Shown: positions 31,120-39,852 of the stretch, piece by piece
Position numbering within the stretch: the first letter of the stretch is position 1
Layout: each line of letters begins with the position of its first letter
From: a virus
DNA length: 44,888 nt
Virus record (IMG/VR): IMGVR_UViG_3300035156_000094
Location: 1-44,888 of that record
Direction: 5' to 3' (one strand)
Program-made: the position numbers and the translations under genes
Notes under the pieces: generated by a model
The model's input: only the letters and a program-made list of their open reading frames with translations
What the model was told of the DNA's origin: nothing
Databases searched by the model: none

Positions 31120-33138
31120 TCATTCCTTCTTCATCGCGTCGAGCACGGCGCGACGCTTCGGCGTCTCGCCGATCGGCTGCCCCGCATACTCACGGATGCC
31201 CCAGGCGCCATACTGACTGATCCCGCCGGTGGCCGAGTAGACGGTGAACAGTTCAGGGCTGATCGCCTTCCAGTCAGCGAGGTAGCGGTCGTAGATCTCG
31301 CCCATGCGCTTGTCGCGCTGCATGGCCGTGTAGACCTCATTCTGCGCTGCCATGTTGTTCGGAATAATGTGCTGCCCGCCTTCATAGGCGATCAGCCGCT
31401 TGCCGTACTTATCCGCCGCCGCCTTGTTCTCGCGGACCTTCGCGATGCTGTTCACGCGGTTGGCTTCGAGCTTGACGAACAGGCGGTCGAGATCCGCCAA
31501 GGTGGGCTTGTCGTCCGGCGCGTTGAAGAAGCTGTGCCCGAAGTATGGCGCGATCGCGAGCGCGTCGACATAATCGGCCAGGCCCGGGAACGCCAAGATT
31601 GTGCGGGCCGACCAGCTGTTGTCGCTCTGGCTGGCGACGACGCGGACCAGGCGCGACGGGTCGGCCTTGAACACGTCGGTAAGGATCTTGTGGAACCAAA
31701 GCGACTTCTGCGCCGCGCGCAGCGGGTTGTTCGAGTAATAGTCGGTCGACAGCGGAGGCGTCTGCTTCGACCCCTCATCCGAGGCCTGTCGCGCTACTGG
31801 AAAAGCGTAATTCCAGATCTCGTTTGACAGCTCGAAATAGGCGCGGTGCCCCTTCGCCAGCCGGTCGCGGACCAGCTCGCCCATCGCGCGAACGTAAGCC
31901 TCGTCGGCATTGTAGGCGAGGGTAAACCAGGCATCCGTGCCGGCCGCGTTGGCGAGGTCGACCTGCGTCTCGATCGGGATCCCATCGGCCCCGCCGCGGG
32001 CCGGCGTCGATCGGTTATCGAGCGTCACGCTGGCAGGGTTGCCGTTCGTGTTCGACCAGTCGAGGAAGCGCAGCAGCTTGTACGCCGAAAGCTCGTCGAC
32101 CAGCGTCTTCTCGAACTGGCCGACCGCCTGTGACCCGGCCTCGCGGCAATCGAGATCGCCGAACGGCTTGGCGGCGTTCAGGCCCGAGAGGTAGAACAGG
32201 ATCTGAGGATAGCCGCCCTTGGTGATATCGAAGCCGGCCGGGACGGTGAACGACCCGCCACTTGCGGAGATCGAGCCTCGCGCCAACCCGTCGACACGGA
32301 TCGACCCGCTACCCGACCAGGTGCAGGAGATCGTCACCGATTGACCGCCCCAGACCTGACGCGGCGCGTTGAGCGTGAGCGCTTGGCCATCGACGATCGG
32401 AAAGCCGGTGGTGCCGAGCTTCGCCGCCGCGGTCGAGCCCCAGCCGGCAGAGGGGTCCTTCCACCCGCCCGACTGCTGCGCGAGGTTGGCGAAGGTCCGC
32501 TCGGAATTGTAATAGGTGCTGCCGGTCACGTTGATGCCGATCGTCATCGACTTGACCGCGGCGACTGGTGTCGGCGTTGCCGTCGGTACCGGCGTCGGCG
32601 TCGGCGTCGGGGTGGGTGAAACCACGACAGCAGGCGCCGCCGCAGTGCCCGCCGGGATCGACGCATTCAGCGAGTAGGAGCACGTCTTGGCGGTACCGGT
32701 GATCGGATCGGTGAAAACCTTGTTGGCGCACAGCACCGCGGTCGACGTGGTCAGATAGCGGAACTTGTCGGCAGCGCCGTACCGCACCAGGGCCAGACCC
32801 GGGACAGTGCAGACTGCATCCTCTTTCGAGCAGGCGACCCAGCTGATGGCCGCTGGCGTGGGCGTCGGCGCCGGAACGGGCGTCGGGGCTGGCGTAAGGG
32901 CCTTTACCCGCGCCTGCCGATCCGCAACTGCCTTCGACGCCGCGGCGCCCGCCTTGGTGAAGCACGCGATCTGCGTGGTGAGCTTGGCGATGCTGTTCGT
33001 GTCGGCCTTGGCGATCGTCGCTGTGCCGCAGCCGGAAACGGTTTGGCCGATCGACGGCCCGCTTGAAAGCAGTGCGGGCGCGAGCGCAGCCGCGGCGAAC
33101 AGAGCGGGCGGAGCGAACCTGAGCAAGAGCCGCCTCAC
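31120..33138 (-). CDS. Secreted clan GH-A-like glycoside hydrolase with Pro/Thr linkers (672 aa)
   Basis: The N-terminal signal peptide is MRRLLLRFAPPALFAAAALAPALL. There are two PT-rich linkers and a Cys-containing small domain. The catalytic-type motifs are YFELSNEIWN and LIAYEGGQH. The GTG start forms a GTGA overlap with the upstream gene. Confidence 0.7.
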   Translation of the reverse strand: MRRLLLRFAPPALFAAAALAPALLSSGPSIGQTVSGCGTATIAKADTNSIAKLTTQIACFTKAGAAASKAVADRQARVKALTPAPTPVPAPTPTPAAISWVACSKEDAVCTVPGLALVRYGAADKFRYLTTSTAVLCANKVFTDPITGTAKTCSYSLNASIPAGTAAAPAVVVSPTPTPTPTPVPTATPTPVAAVKSMTIGINVTGSTYYNSERTFANLAQQSGGWKDPSAGWGSTAAAKLGTTGFPIVDGQALTLNAPRQVWGGQSVTISCTWSGSGSIRVDGLARGSISASGGSFTVPAGFDITKGGYPQILFYLSGLNAAKPFGDLDCREAGSQAVGQFEKTLVDELSAYKLLRFLDWSNTNGNPASVTLDNRSTPARGGADGIPIETQVDLANAAGTDAWFTLAYNADEAYVRAMGELVRDRLAKGHRAYFELSNEIWNYAFPVARQASDEGSKQTPPLSTDYYSNNPLRAAQKSLWFHKILTDVFKADPSRLVRVVASQSDNSWSARTILAFPGLADYVDALAIAPYFGHSFFNAPDDKPTLADLDRLFVKLEANRVNSIAKVRENKAAADKYGKRLIAYEGGQHIIPNNMAAQNEVYTAMQRDKRMGEIYDRYLADWKAISPELFTVYSATGGISQYGAWGIREYAGQPIGETPKRRAVLDAMKKE

Positions 33139-33356
33139 TTCACCTTCTCCGCAGCGGCGAGCTTGGCATCGAGGCGATCGGCCGCAGCCAGGGCGCCGGC
33201 GTGCGCGGCTTCGAGGTCGGCGCGGTTGCCTTCGCTCAGGACGTGCTTGGCGCTATCGGCGGCGCGCTTCACCTCGGCGATCATCTCGACGCCTTGGACG
33301 ACGATGCCCGGCAGGCCGAGCTTCGCCGCCATTTCGATTAGCTTCAGGATTTCCAT
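33135..33356 (-). CDS. Small helical hypothetical protein (73 aa)
   Basis: ATG 33356 lies 1 nt after the lipoprotein stop. No motif recognised. Confidence 0.5.
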   Translation of the reverse strand: MEILKLIEMAAKLGLPGIVVQGVEMIAEVKRAADSAKHVLSEGNRADLEAAHAGALAAADRLDAKLAAAEKVK

Positions 33357-33357
33357 G

Positions 33358-33717
33358 TCAGTTGCTCCCCTTGAGTGCGTTGAGGCTGTCGGCGAAGCCG
33401 AACAGCGCGGCAGCGGCGCGTGCCTTCTCCGCCAAGTCGGCGGTCGCCTTTCCCTTCACTATCGCCTTCCGTGCCTCGGCGTTCCAGCCGCGCACCTTGG
33501 TCGCGGTGGCGCCGTGGATCATGCCGGCATCGACCGCCCGGCCGACGTTGTTCGCTGCCGCCGTATAGACGATCTCGGCAGCGGCGAAGCCGCGCTCGCC
33601 CGACAGGATGACTGAGCCGGCCTTGGCGATCGGCGCCGAGGATGGCGGACCGGCGACCGGGGTGGTGGTGCAGGACGCCAAGGCGAGCGCCGCCGTGGCG
33701 AGGATCATTCGCATCAT
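33358..33717 (-). CDS. Lipoprotein (119 aa)
   Basis: MMRMILATAALALASC has a signal peptide plus lipobox L-A-S-C. SD ggaga precedes ATG 33717. The upstream part of the track ORF is discounted. Confidence 0.7.
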   Translation of the reverse strand: MMRMILATAALALASCTTTPVAGPPSSAPIAKAGSVILSGERGFAAAEIVYTAAANNVGRAVDAGMIHGATATKVRGWNAEARKAIVKGKATADLAEKARAAAALFGFADSLNALKGSN

Positions 33718-33782
33718 CAGGTATCTCCGAAAGTTCAGTGAGTGAGGTAGATCGCGAGAGCGGCCAGCCGGGCCGCGGCGCA

Positions 33783-35738
33783 TCAAGCGGCTTCGAGTGC
33801 CTGCTTCAGCGCGACGTTGGCATTGTAGAGGGCGGTGCGCTGGGCAGCGCTGAGCCCGGCGCCGATGAAGACGAACCCGACCTCCCATGCGCCATAGAAG
33901 CCGTTGCCGTAGCCGAAGAGTGTCAGGGGCGTCGTACCGGGGGCAACGCCGGAGCTCTGCGTATTGGTCGCAACCTGGACACCATTGCGGTCGATCTGGA
34001 CGCCTGTTGCCGAGGAGGTGCGGATTGCGAGCAGAAATCCGACGGCGCTGGCGACCGTCGCCGTCGCATTCGCATAGTCGTTCAAGCCAGCGTTGACCAA
34101 CCCGCCGTTGCGGGGGTTTACGCCGGCATTGCCACCGATGCTGATTGCCGCCGGACCCTGCTGCGTCTCGGCGAAGTTCCAGACACCGATGCTTGCCGAG
34201 TTGCGGACGAACTTGTTGCCCGTTCGACTGCCCGCCATGCCGGTCAGGTATCCCGGCGTTCCGCCCGGCGCGGCATACCGGAAGCCCGCCGAGGTGAAGT
34301 CCGGCGCACCTTGCTCGACCAGATCACCGTAGGCGCCGAGAATGTTGAGCTTGGCATCGGCTCGGTTCGTCTCCCGGTACATCGGGATGATCACGTCGGC
34401 GAGCGCGTAGACCCCCGACGACTTCAGCGACCCGACGTAGGTATCGAACGCCTGCTTGTAGGCGTAGGGCGTGCTGCTCCGCCGGGCGACGTAGGTTGCG
34501 GCCTCCGAGTTGGTGAAGGCGTAGGCCGCGACGACCGTGATCGTGAACGTCTTGCTTGCGGTGAGACCGCGCGCATCGACTGAGTTCACCACCGCCGAGA
34601 GCGTGCTGGGCGAGCCTTGTGCAGGGATCGAGAGATTGCTTCCGACCAGAGCGATCCCGGCCGAGGCGGTGCCAAGCGCCAAGGTAGCAGGATGTGCCGT
34701 CTTCATTACCAGGGTCAGCGCGGTGCCGACCTCGACGGTCTGGGCGGCTGTTGTCGTGATCGTCGGCAGCCCGAAGGCGGCTGTGAAGGCCGCGGCCGCA
34801 GTCGGCTTGCTACCGTCCGAGAGCCGGCAGCTGATACCCGCGGTCGAGTCCCAGTAGCCGTGGTAGACGGCGCCGCTGCTGATGAGAAAGTCGCGCATCA
34901 GCGTGATGATCGGGGCATAGGCATCCGAGGTGATGCCCCATTCGGAGATCGCGAACGGCTTGCTATGCGTCGTCGCGAAGTTCGCGGCGTACTGCATCCC
35001 ATAGGCAAAACCGTTGTAGCGGTAGCCCCATGCAATAGTCGGGTCGGCGCTGTCGTAGGTATTGTTGAAATAGACATCCATGCCGACGACATCGACATAC
35101 GTATCGCCGGGATAAGCTGTGGCGGGGTCGAACTCCGCGCCTGAATTGTTGATGCACCACTCAAATTTGAAGCGGCTGCTTATCCCGCGCATGAGGGTGA
35201 CGACGCGCTGGAATGCCGCGATATAGCTCGCCGCGTTGCCGACAGCGCCCCACGGGAAGAAGTTGGCGCCGCCGGCGCCGTTGAACTCCCAGCCCAAGCG
35301 AATGTGGATTATGCCGCTCGGTTGCAGCGTCATCAGCCTGTTCGCTACATAGGTGAAATCGGCGTCGTTCGATCCGCCGGCAACGTCGGCGAGCGGCGTC
35401 GTCGGATTACCGCCCGGTCCGACCGTCAGCGGTAGCGCGTACATTGCACGGACACCGAAGGCAGTGACCTGACTGTCGGCGCTAGACCTCAGATCGGCCC
35501 AGGACCCATAGCTGAGAAATGAGATCCACCGGTCCGCCGGTGCGCCAAGCATCGTCTCGAACGCCGCGATGTGGCCGGTGCCGCTTTCCCCGTTTTCATA
35601 GGGATAGACGCCCATCATCTGCGTTTGGCCAGAGCGAAGATTATCTGTAGCTGGCGTCGGGGCCGGGGTAGGGATTCCCCCTGCGCCTACCCGCCCACGA
35701 ACAGCGGACTCGGTGATCGAAAGGCCGAGACCGATCAT
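33783..35738 (-). CDS. Fibre / spike protein with a GH26-like glycanase domain and a LamG-like C-terminus (651 aa)
   Basis: IRLGWEFNGAGGANFFPWG resembles GH26 R..HE.NG.WFWWG, and KPFAISEWG resembles the nucleophile motif. The C-terminal third is beta-rich. The start overlaps the stop of the spike base gene. Confidence 0.65.
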   Translation of the reverse strand: MIGLGLSITESAVRGRVGAGGIPTPAPTPATDNLRSGQTQMMGVYPYENGESGTGHIAAFETMLGAPADRWISFLSYGSWADLRSSADSQVTAFGVRAMYALPLTVGPGGNPTTPLADVAGGSNDADFTYVANRLMTLQPSGIIHIRLGWEFNGAGGANFFPWGAVGNAASYIAAFQRVVTLMRGISSRFKFEWCINNSGAEFDPATAYPGDTYVDVVGMDVYFNNTYDSADPTIAWGYRYNGFAYGMQYAANFATTHSKPFAISEWGITSDAYAPIITLMRDFLISSGAVYHGYWDSTAGISCRLSDGSKPTAAAAFTAAFGLPTITTTAAQTVEVGTALTLVMKTAHPATLALGTASAGIALVGSNLSIPAQGSPSTLSAVVNSVDARGLTASKTFTITVVAAYAFTNSEAATYVARRSSTPYAYKQAFDTYVGSLKSSGVYALADVIIPMYRETNRADAKLNILGAYGDLVEQGAPDFTSAGFRYAAPGGTPGYLTGMAGSRTGNKFVRNSASIGVWNFAETQQGPAAISIGGNAGVNPRNGGLVNAGLNDYANATATVASAVGFLLAIRTSSATGVQIDRNGVQVATNTQSSGVAPGTTPLTLFGYGNGFYGAWEVGFVFIGAGLSAAQRTALYNANVALKQALEAA

Positions 35739-36000
35739 CAGTAGAGCGCCACGATGCTGGTTGCGGTGGTCGCCGAACGAACGTGCGACACGCGGATTGG
35801 CAGGATCTGCCCCGCCTGAACACCGGTAAACGTTACATCAGCGGTGTCTCCGACAAGGCGGCAGACGAGGTTGCCCGCACCTCCGATAAAGAGGGCTTTG
35901 CTGATGTCCGCCAGCGGGTTCGTGGCGTGCGGTACTACCGCGACGGCGTTCGAAGCTGGCGCCGAAGCGGAGTCGGACAGGTTCGCAAATTCATCGGCCA
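35738..36000 (-). CDS. Spike base protein, RCAP_rcc01079-like (87 aa)
   Basis: MADEFANLSDSASAPA...ISKALFIGGAGNLVCRLVGDTADVTFTGVQAGQILPIRVSHVRSATTATSIVALY matches my recollection of the RcGTA head-spike base family pattern. SD ggagga precedes ATG 36000. Confidence 0.6.
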
Positions 36001-36060
36001 TAGATAAAGTCCTCCGTGGCGAGGCTCGCTCGCTTGTGGTCAGTGTCGGGAAGGGTGCTG

Positions 36061-36249
36061 CTAGTGCGCCGCGGCGATGTGGATGACCGCGCGGGGGATC
36101 TCGGCCTGGATCTTCTCGACGATGTCGAGGCAGTCCTGCTTGTTGCGGTAGCCCTCTCCGCTCGTGGCGATGATCCGGCCGTTGGCGGCGCGCAGGCGCC
36201 ACCGCCACTCGCGCTTTAGCAGCCCGGATCGATATACGGTGATGCGCAT
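36061..36249 (-). CDS. YegP/DUF1508-family small protein (62 aa)
   Basis: WRWRLRAANGRIIATSGEGYRNKQDCLDIVEKIQ is the YegP repeat pattern. Confidence 0.7.
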   Translation of the reverse strand: MRITVYRSGLLKREWRWRLRAANGRIIATSGEGYRNKQDCLDIVEKIQAEIPRAVIHIAAAH

Positions 36250-36545
36250 CAGCTGGCGCCTTCTTCGGTCGGCGGGTTCGGCTTTCCGGTCGGCACGCTG
36301 TTGGACAACCCCTCGGCGAGCGCGGTGCGCTCCTGGCTTTCCCAAATTGAGCGGATCGCGCCCACCGTTTGCTGAAACGACAACAGAAAGGCGGTGAACA
36401 GCCCCGCGTCGGCGAGCGGCACCTTGCCGTCCGGCGTCGCCTTGCCGATCGCGTTGGTGAAGGTGAAGCCGATCAGTAGTAGGAGGCCCGCCGCCAGCAC
36501 GGACAATGCGATCAGCCCGGCGAATTGGATATGCGCCTTGTTCAT
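36249..36545 (-). CDS. Small membrane protein in the lysis cassette (98 aa, two TM)
   Basis: ATGA overlap with the endolysin stop. Hydrophobic segments FAGLIALSVLAAGLLLLIGF and AGLFTAFLLSF. Confidence 0.55.
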   Translation of the reverse strand: MNKAHIQFAGLIALSVLAAGLLLLIGFTFTNAIGKATPDGKVPLADAGLFTAFLLSFQQTVGAIRSIWESQERTALAEGLSNSVPTGKPNPPTEEGAS

Positions 36546-37147
36546 CGCGCCCAATCTCCTGTCTTCTTGTTCAGCCACGTCAGGAACTGCGCGACCGTCT
36601 TGCCGCGCAGGATTGACTCGTTCGCCTTCGTCGCCTGCTCGCCCGCGATCAGATCCGCGCGCGCCTTGGGGTCGGCGCTGACCAGCTTCGCCGCCATGCC
36701 GGCGCCGAGGAAGTGCGCGGCGTAGAGCGAGGCCTTGTTGATCGGGATGCCGCCCTTGCGCAGGACCGCGGCGTTCTTCGCCGTGAGGGTCTTCACGCGC
36801 TGGGTCTGCTCGTCGCGCGACGGTGCGAGCCCGCCGAACGGCTTCGCCATGTCGCCGCCCCACTTGCCGCCCTCGCCCAGCCATGTTCCTTTGAGGAACT
36901 GGTACAGGCCGGACCCGCTCGACGTGCGCGCCTTGGCTGTCGGATTGTCGTTGCTCTCGATCTTGCGGAGCAGCGGCCAATAATCATCCGGCAGGTCCGT
37001 TGATGCTGGGGCCGGTGCCGTCGCCTGGGTGGGCGGCAGCCCGAGGTGTTCGGCAAGCGCATTGACGGCGGCGATGTTCGCCGGGTCGCCATAGCCGGGC
37101 GACGGGACGAACGGCTCCACGGCCTCGAATAGCTCGGCTCGGTTCAT
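36542..37147 (-). CDS. Endolysin, SLT-type lytic transglycosylase-like (201 aa)
   Basis: IESNDNPTAKARTSSGSGLYQFLKGTW fits the E-S...S.A.GL.QF...TW transglycosylase motif. ATGA overlap at 37144-37147. Confidence 0.7.
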   Translation of the reverse strand: MNRAELFEAVEPFVPSPGYGDPANIAAVNALAEHLGLPPTQATAPAPASTDLPDDYWPLLRKIESNDNPTAKARTSSGSGLYQFLKGTWLGEGGKWGGDMAKPFGGLAPSRDEQTQRVKTLTAKNAAVLRKGGIPINKASLYAAHFLGAGMAAKLVSADPKARADLIAGEQATKANESILRGKTVAQFLTWLNKKTGDWAR

Positions 37148-37602
37148 TCGCTTGCTCCCCGGCGTGTTGCCGCCATCGCCGCCGCGTGGATGGCGCTGGC
37201 TTCCTGTTTTTCGCGCTCGATCTGCCCGCCGCGCATATCTTCGATCATTGCGGCCGCGGTCGCGGCGTCGCTGGGGCTCTTCTTCACCATCATCAGAAAG
37301 GCCGTCAGGCACTGGTCGAGATTGTTGATCCGGTGTCGGTCAACTGCGCGCTCCGCCTGATGAAGCGCGTCCTTATATTCCAGTTTCTCTTCCAGCTTCG
37401 CGATCCGCTGCCGCATGGCTTCCATCTCTTCGGCTCGCTCATTCAGAAGGTTGGCCTCGCGCTCGTTGGCGATCTTCTTCAAGGTCGGGCGCGTGCGGAC
37501 GATCTGCACCAGCAAGCCGCCAATGAGCAGATTGGCGACAGCCATGAGGGCGGCGGTCCACGTGAAGCCTTGGACGGCTACTGGGACGACGTTACCCGGC
37601 AT
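37144..37602 (-). CDS. N-terminally anchored coiled-coil protein (i-spanin- or holin-regulator-like, 152 aa)
   Basis: One TM segment (WTAALMAVANLLIGGLLVQIV) is followed by a heptad-rich helical region. It lies directly upstream of the endolysin. Confidence 0.5.
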   Translation of the reverse strand: MPGNVVPVAVQGFTWTAALMAVANLLIGGLLVQIVRTRPTLKKIANEREANLLNERAEEMEAMRQRIAKLEEKLEYKDALHQAERAVDRHRINNLDQCLTAFLMMVKKSPSDAATAAAMIEDMRGGQIEREKQEASAIHAAAMAATRRGASE

Positions 37603-37897
37603 CGGGATCGCTCTCGCGCTTCAGTAGCGCGCCGCGCCCATAGGTGCGGCCGAGCTGCAGGATAAAAAGTGCCAGCGCCGCGCTAAGAACTAGCAGCGCT
37701 TTCCAGATCATCTCGTCATGCGGGATCAGAAGTGCCCGAAGGTTGAACCCGATCATCACGATCGCAGTCAGGGCGCAGGCGAGGCGCATCGGATCGCCGT
37801 AGCGCGCCCTCCCAGTTGTAGCACTCCATGCGCCGGGCAGCATGTAAAGCAGCATGGCGCCCCACACGATGAGGTTAATGATCCGCAACGCGATCAT
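37592..37897 (-). CDS. Holin-like membrane protein (101 aa, three TM)
   Basis: ATG 37897 follows ggtggag. MIALRIINLIVWGAMLLYMLPGAW plus two further hydrophobic helices. It is the first gene of the lysis block. Confidence 0.55.
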   Translation of the reverse strand: MIALRIINLIVWGAMLLYMLPGAWSATTGRARYGDPMRLACALTAIVMIGFNLRALLIPHDEMIWKALLVLSAALALFILQLGRTYGRGALLKRESDPDAG

Positions 37898-37962
37898 TGG
37901 CAGTCTCCACCGATGGTAAAGGTCAGGCGGTCGGGGTGTTTCCCCGGAGTGCAGCGTCGCCG

Positions 37963-39852
37963 TTACGGGTAGGCGTGCACGAGCCAGGAGGTGCCGGTCC
38001 AATTCAGCACCACGATATGCGCCTGTGACGCTCCGCCGGCGAAGCTGTGGATCAGCTGGGGTTCGGCCGGATAGAGCGCGTCGGTCACGATATCGATCTT
38101 GCCGGGGCCGTCATCTTGCCGGCTGATCGTAACGACGCTGCCGATCTGCCGAGGCACGGCATTGATGTAGTTCTGGATGTCCTTCATCTGGATGACCGCG
38201 TCGTTCAGGACCGGCCCCTGGATATGGATGCGGGCATTGCCGTAGAAGCCCCAGATCTGCGGCGTGCCAACGGCCTTGTAGTTGATCGTGCAAGCCTTCA
38301 GCGGCATCGGCCAAACCGGTCGGCCATCGACGCCCTCCCAGCTCAGTATGTAACCCTCTTCCGTTGGATGAGGCGGCCTGCCGAGGCCGAATAGTGCGCC
38401 GACGGTGCTGAAGTTGTCCCAGATATAGCAGTCTGGTGCCAGCCCAGCCATGCTGTCGGAATAGGCCATTTCGATGTAGATCCGGCCGTTCCAGCTGGCT
38501 TTCGGCGCATCTGCCGGAGGCGCGGTTCCGAAGAACTCTTTCACCAGGATGATCGGCATATAGCAGGAGCCGTTCGTCGGCTCCTGTCCGGACAGCACCA
38601 TTTCCAGCGTGTTAACATAGATCGAGGCGGTCGGCTCGGCATAGACGCTGAACATTGAGTACCGAGAGCCCTGATTGGGCAGGATGTAATTATCGACCCA
38701 TTGCATGGTACCGATCTGTAGCTGACCCGAGCACCCGATGCAGACCGGATCGAAGCCCTGCTGCTTGTTGCCCTCGATATGGATCGTGTGGATCACGACA
38801 CCCGAGGCGTTCACGCTGAGCGGGCCACCGAACTGAATGTCGAACCACTCGATGTTCAGCTGGGTGATCGTGCCCCAGGCCTGCGTCGTGACCAGATCGA
38901 TGTTGACCGGCGACACCTGACAGACGGTGCGATTATGCGGGCTGCCGCCTCCGCAATAGATATGCTCGAAGCTGTTGCCGGTGCCCGGCGCCGAATGGCT
39001 GAAGCTGCAATACTGACCGCCACCGAACTTGCAGAAGCCGGTGACCGACATCGAAAAGAATGGTCCGGTACTGCGATCCGGCAACCCGAAGCTGGCGCTG
39101 ATCCAGGGATCGAAATAGCCGAAATTGTTGTGATCAGCCGCGGTCATGCGATACATGTTGCCGAAGCAGGCCATGCCGACGAGCAACGCGATCGCCTGCT
39201 GCTGTCCGGCCTGCGAGGCCCCGAAGCCGCACATGAAATCGCCGACGCGCCAGGAATAGGCGTAGTTGTTGGGATCGTTGACAATTGACCCCAGCGTCAG
39301 CGCGGGATGATTAACGGCGAACTGCCGGAACTGTGTGCCGTCGTCGCTACCGGAGACGGTGCCTTCAAACATCCGCAGCGCGAAAGGCACCTGCAACCCG
39401 GTGTTGCGCCCGCCCTCGGTCTGCTCCGAGATATACTCGTAGAGATAGGGGCCGAACTTGGCGCCGGCATTGTTCGCCACGCACCAAGCCAGGAAGGCTT
39501 GAATGGCTGCGCCGTTCGCAATGCGCGCTTCATAGTTTGCGAGCGGGCCGTGAACGACGCCGGGGAAGCTGTCCGCGTAGGCGATGCCGTTGAGGACGAC
39601 AGGTGACGTGTCGGTCGCAGGCCGCAGCACCTCCAAAGCGATGGCAGGTGCGGTCGTGAAATCCTCGATGATCTTGGACGGCGCAGGCAGCGAGCGGACG
39701 TAGCCGCTACCGTCAGTGACGGGGAACATCCCATTGCCTTCCGGCCCGCCGTCAGCTGCGCCAGCCCACCATGCCCGGATCTCTTCCTGCGTAAGCGTGC
39801 GCCGACCGAGCAAGTCCGTTATCTGAGCTAGGATATCTGTCTCAATGGTCAT
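37963..39852 (-). CDS. Tail spike / receptor-binding protein candidate (629 aa)
   Basis: It follows the hub/fibre gene, and its ATG 39852 shares 1 nt with the upstream TAA. Large, Gly/Asn/Cys-rich and beta-type in composition. The function is positional only. Confidence 0.45.
   Translation of the reverse strand: MTIETDILAQITDLLGRRTLTQEEIRAWWAGAADGGPEGNGMFPVTDGSGYVRSLPAPSKIIEDFTTAPAIALEVLRPATDTSPVVLNGIAYADSFPGVVHGPLANYEARIANGAAIQAFLAWCVANNAGAKFGPYLYEYISEQTEGGRNTGLQVPFALRMFEGTVSGSDDGTQFRQFAVNHPALTLGSIVNDPNNYAYSWRVGDFMCGFGASQAGQQQAIALLVGMACFGNMYRMTAADHNNFGYFDPWISASFGLPDRSTGPFFSMSVTGFCKFGGGQYCSFSHSAPGTGNSFEHIYCGGGSPHNRTVCQVSPVNIDLVTTQAWGTITQLNIEWFDIQFGGPLSVNASGVVIHTIHIEGNKQQGFDPVCIGCSGQLQIGTMQWVDNYILPNQGSRYSMFSVYAEPTASIYVNTLEMVLSGQEPTNGSCYMPIILVKEFFGTAPPADAPKASWNGRIYIEMAYSDSMAGLAPDCYIWDNFSTVGALFGLGRPPHPTEEGYILSWEGVDGRPVWPMPLKACTINYKAVGTPQIWGFYGNARIHIQGPVLNDAVIQMKDIQNYINAVPRQIGSVVTISRQDDGPGKIDIVTDALYPAEPQLIHSFAGGASQAHIVVLNWTGTSWLVHAYP

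Noticed and set aside
32570-32620. Short tandem ggcgtc/ggtgtc repeats as a possible contingency (phase-variation) locus
   Set aside because: The repeat unit is a multiple of three and simply encodes the Pro/Thr linker of the secreted hydrolase. Length changes would stay in frame.
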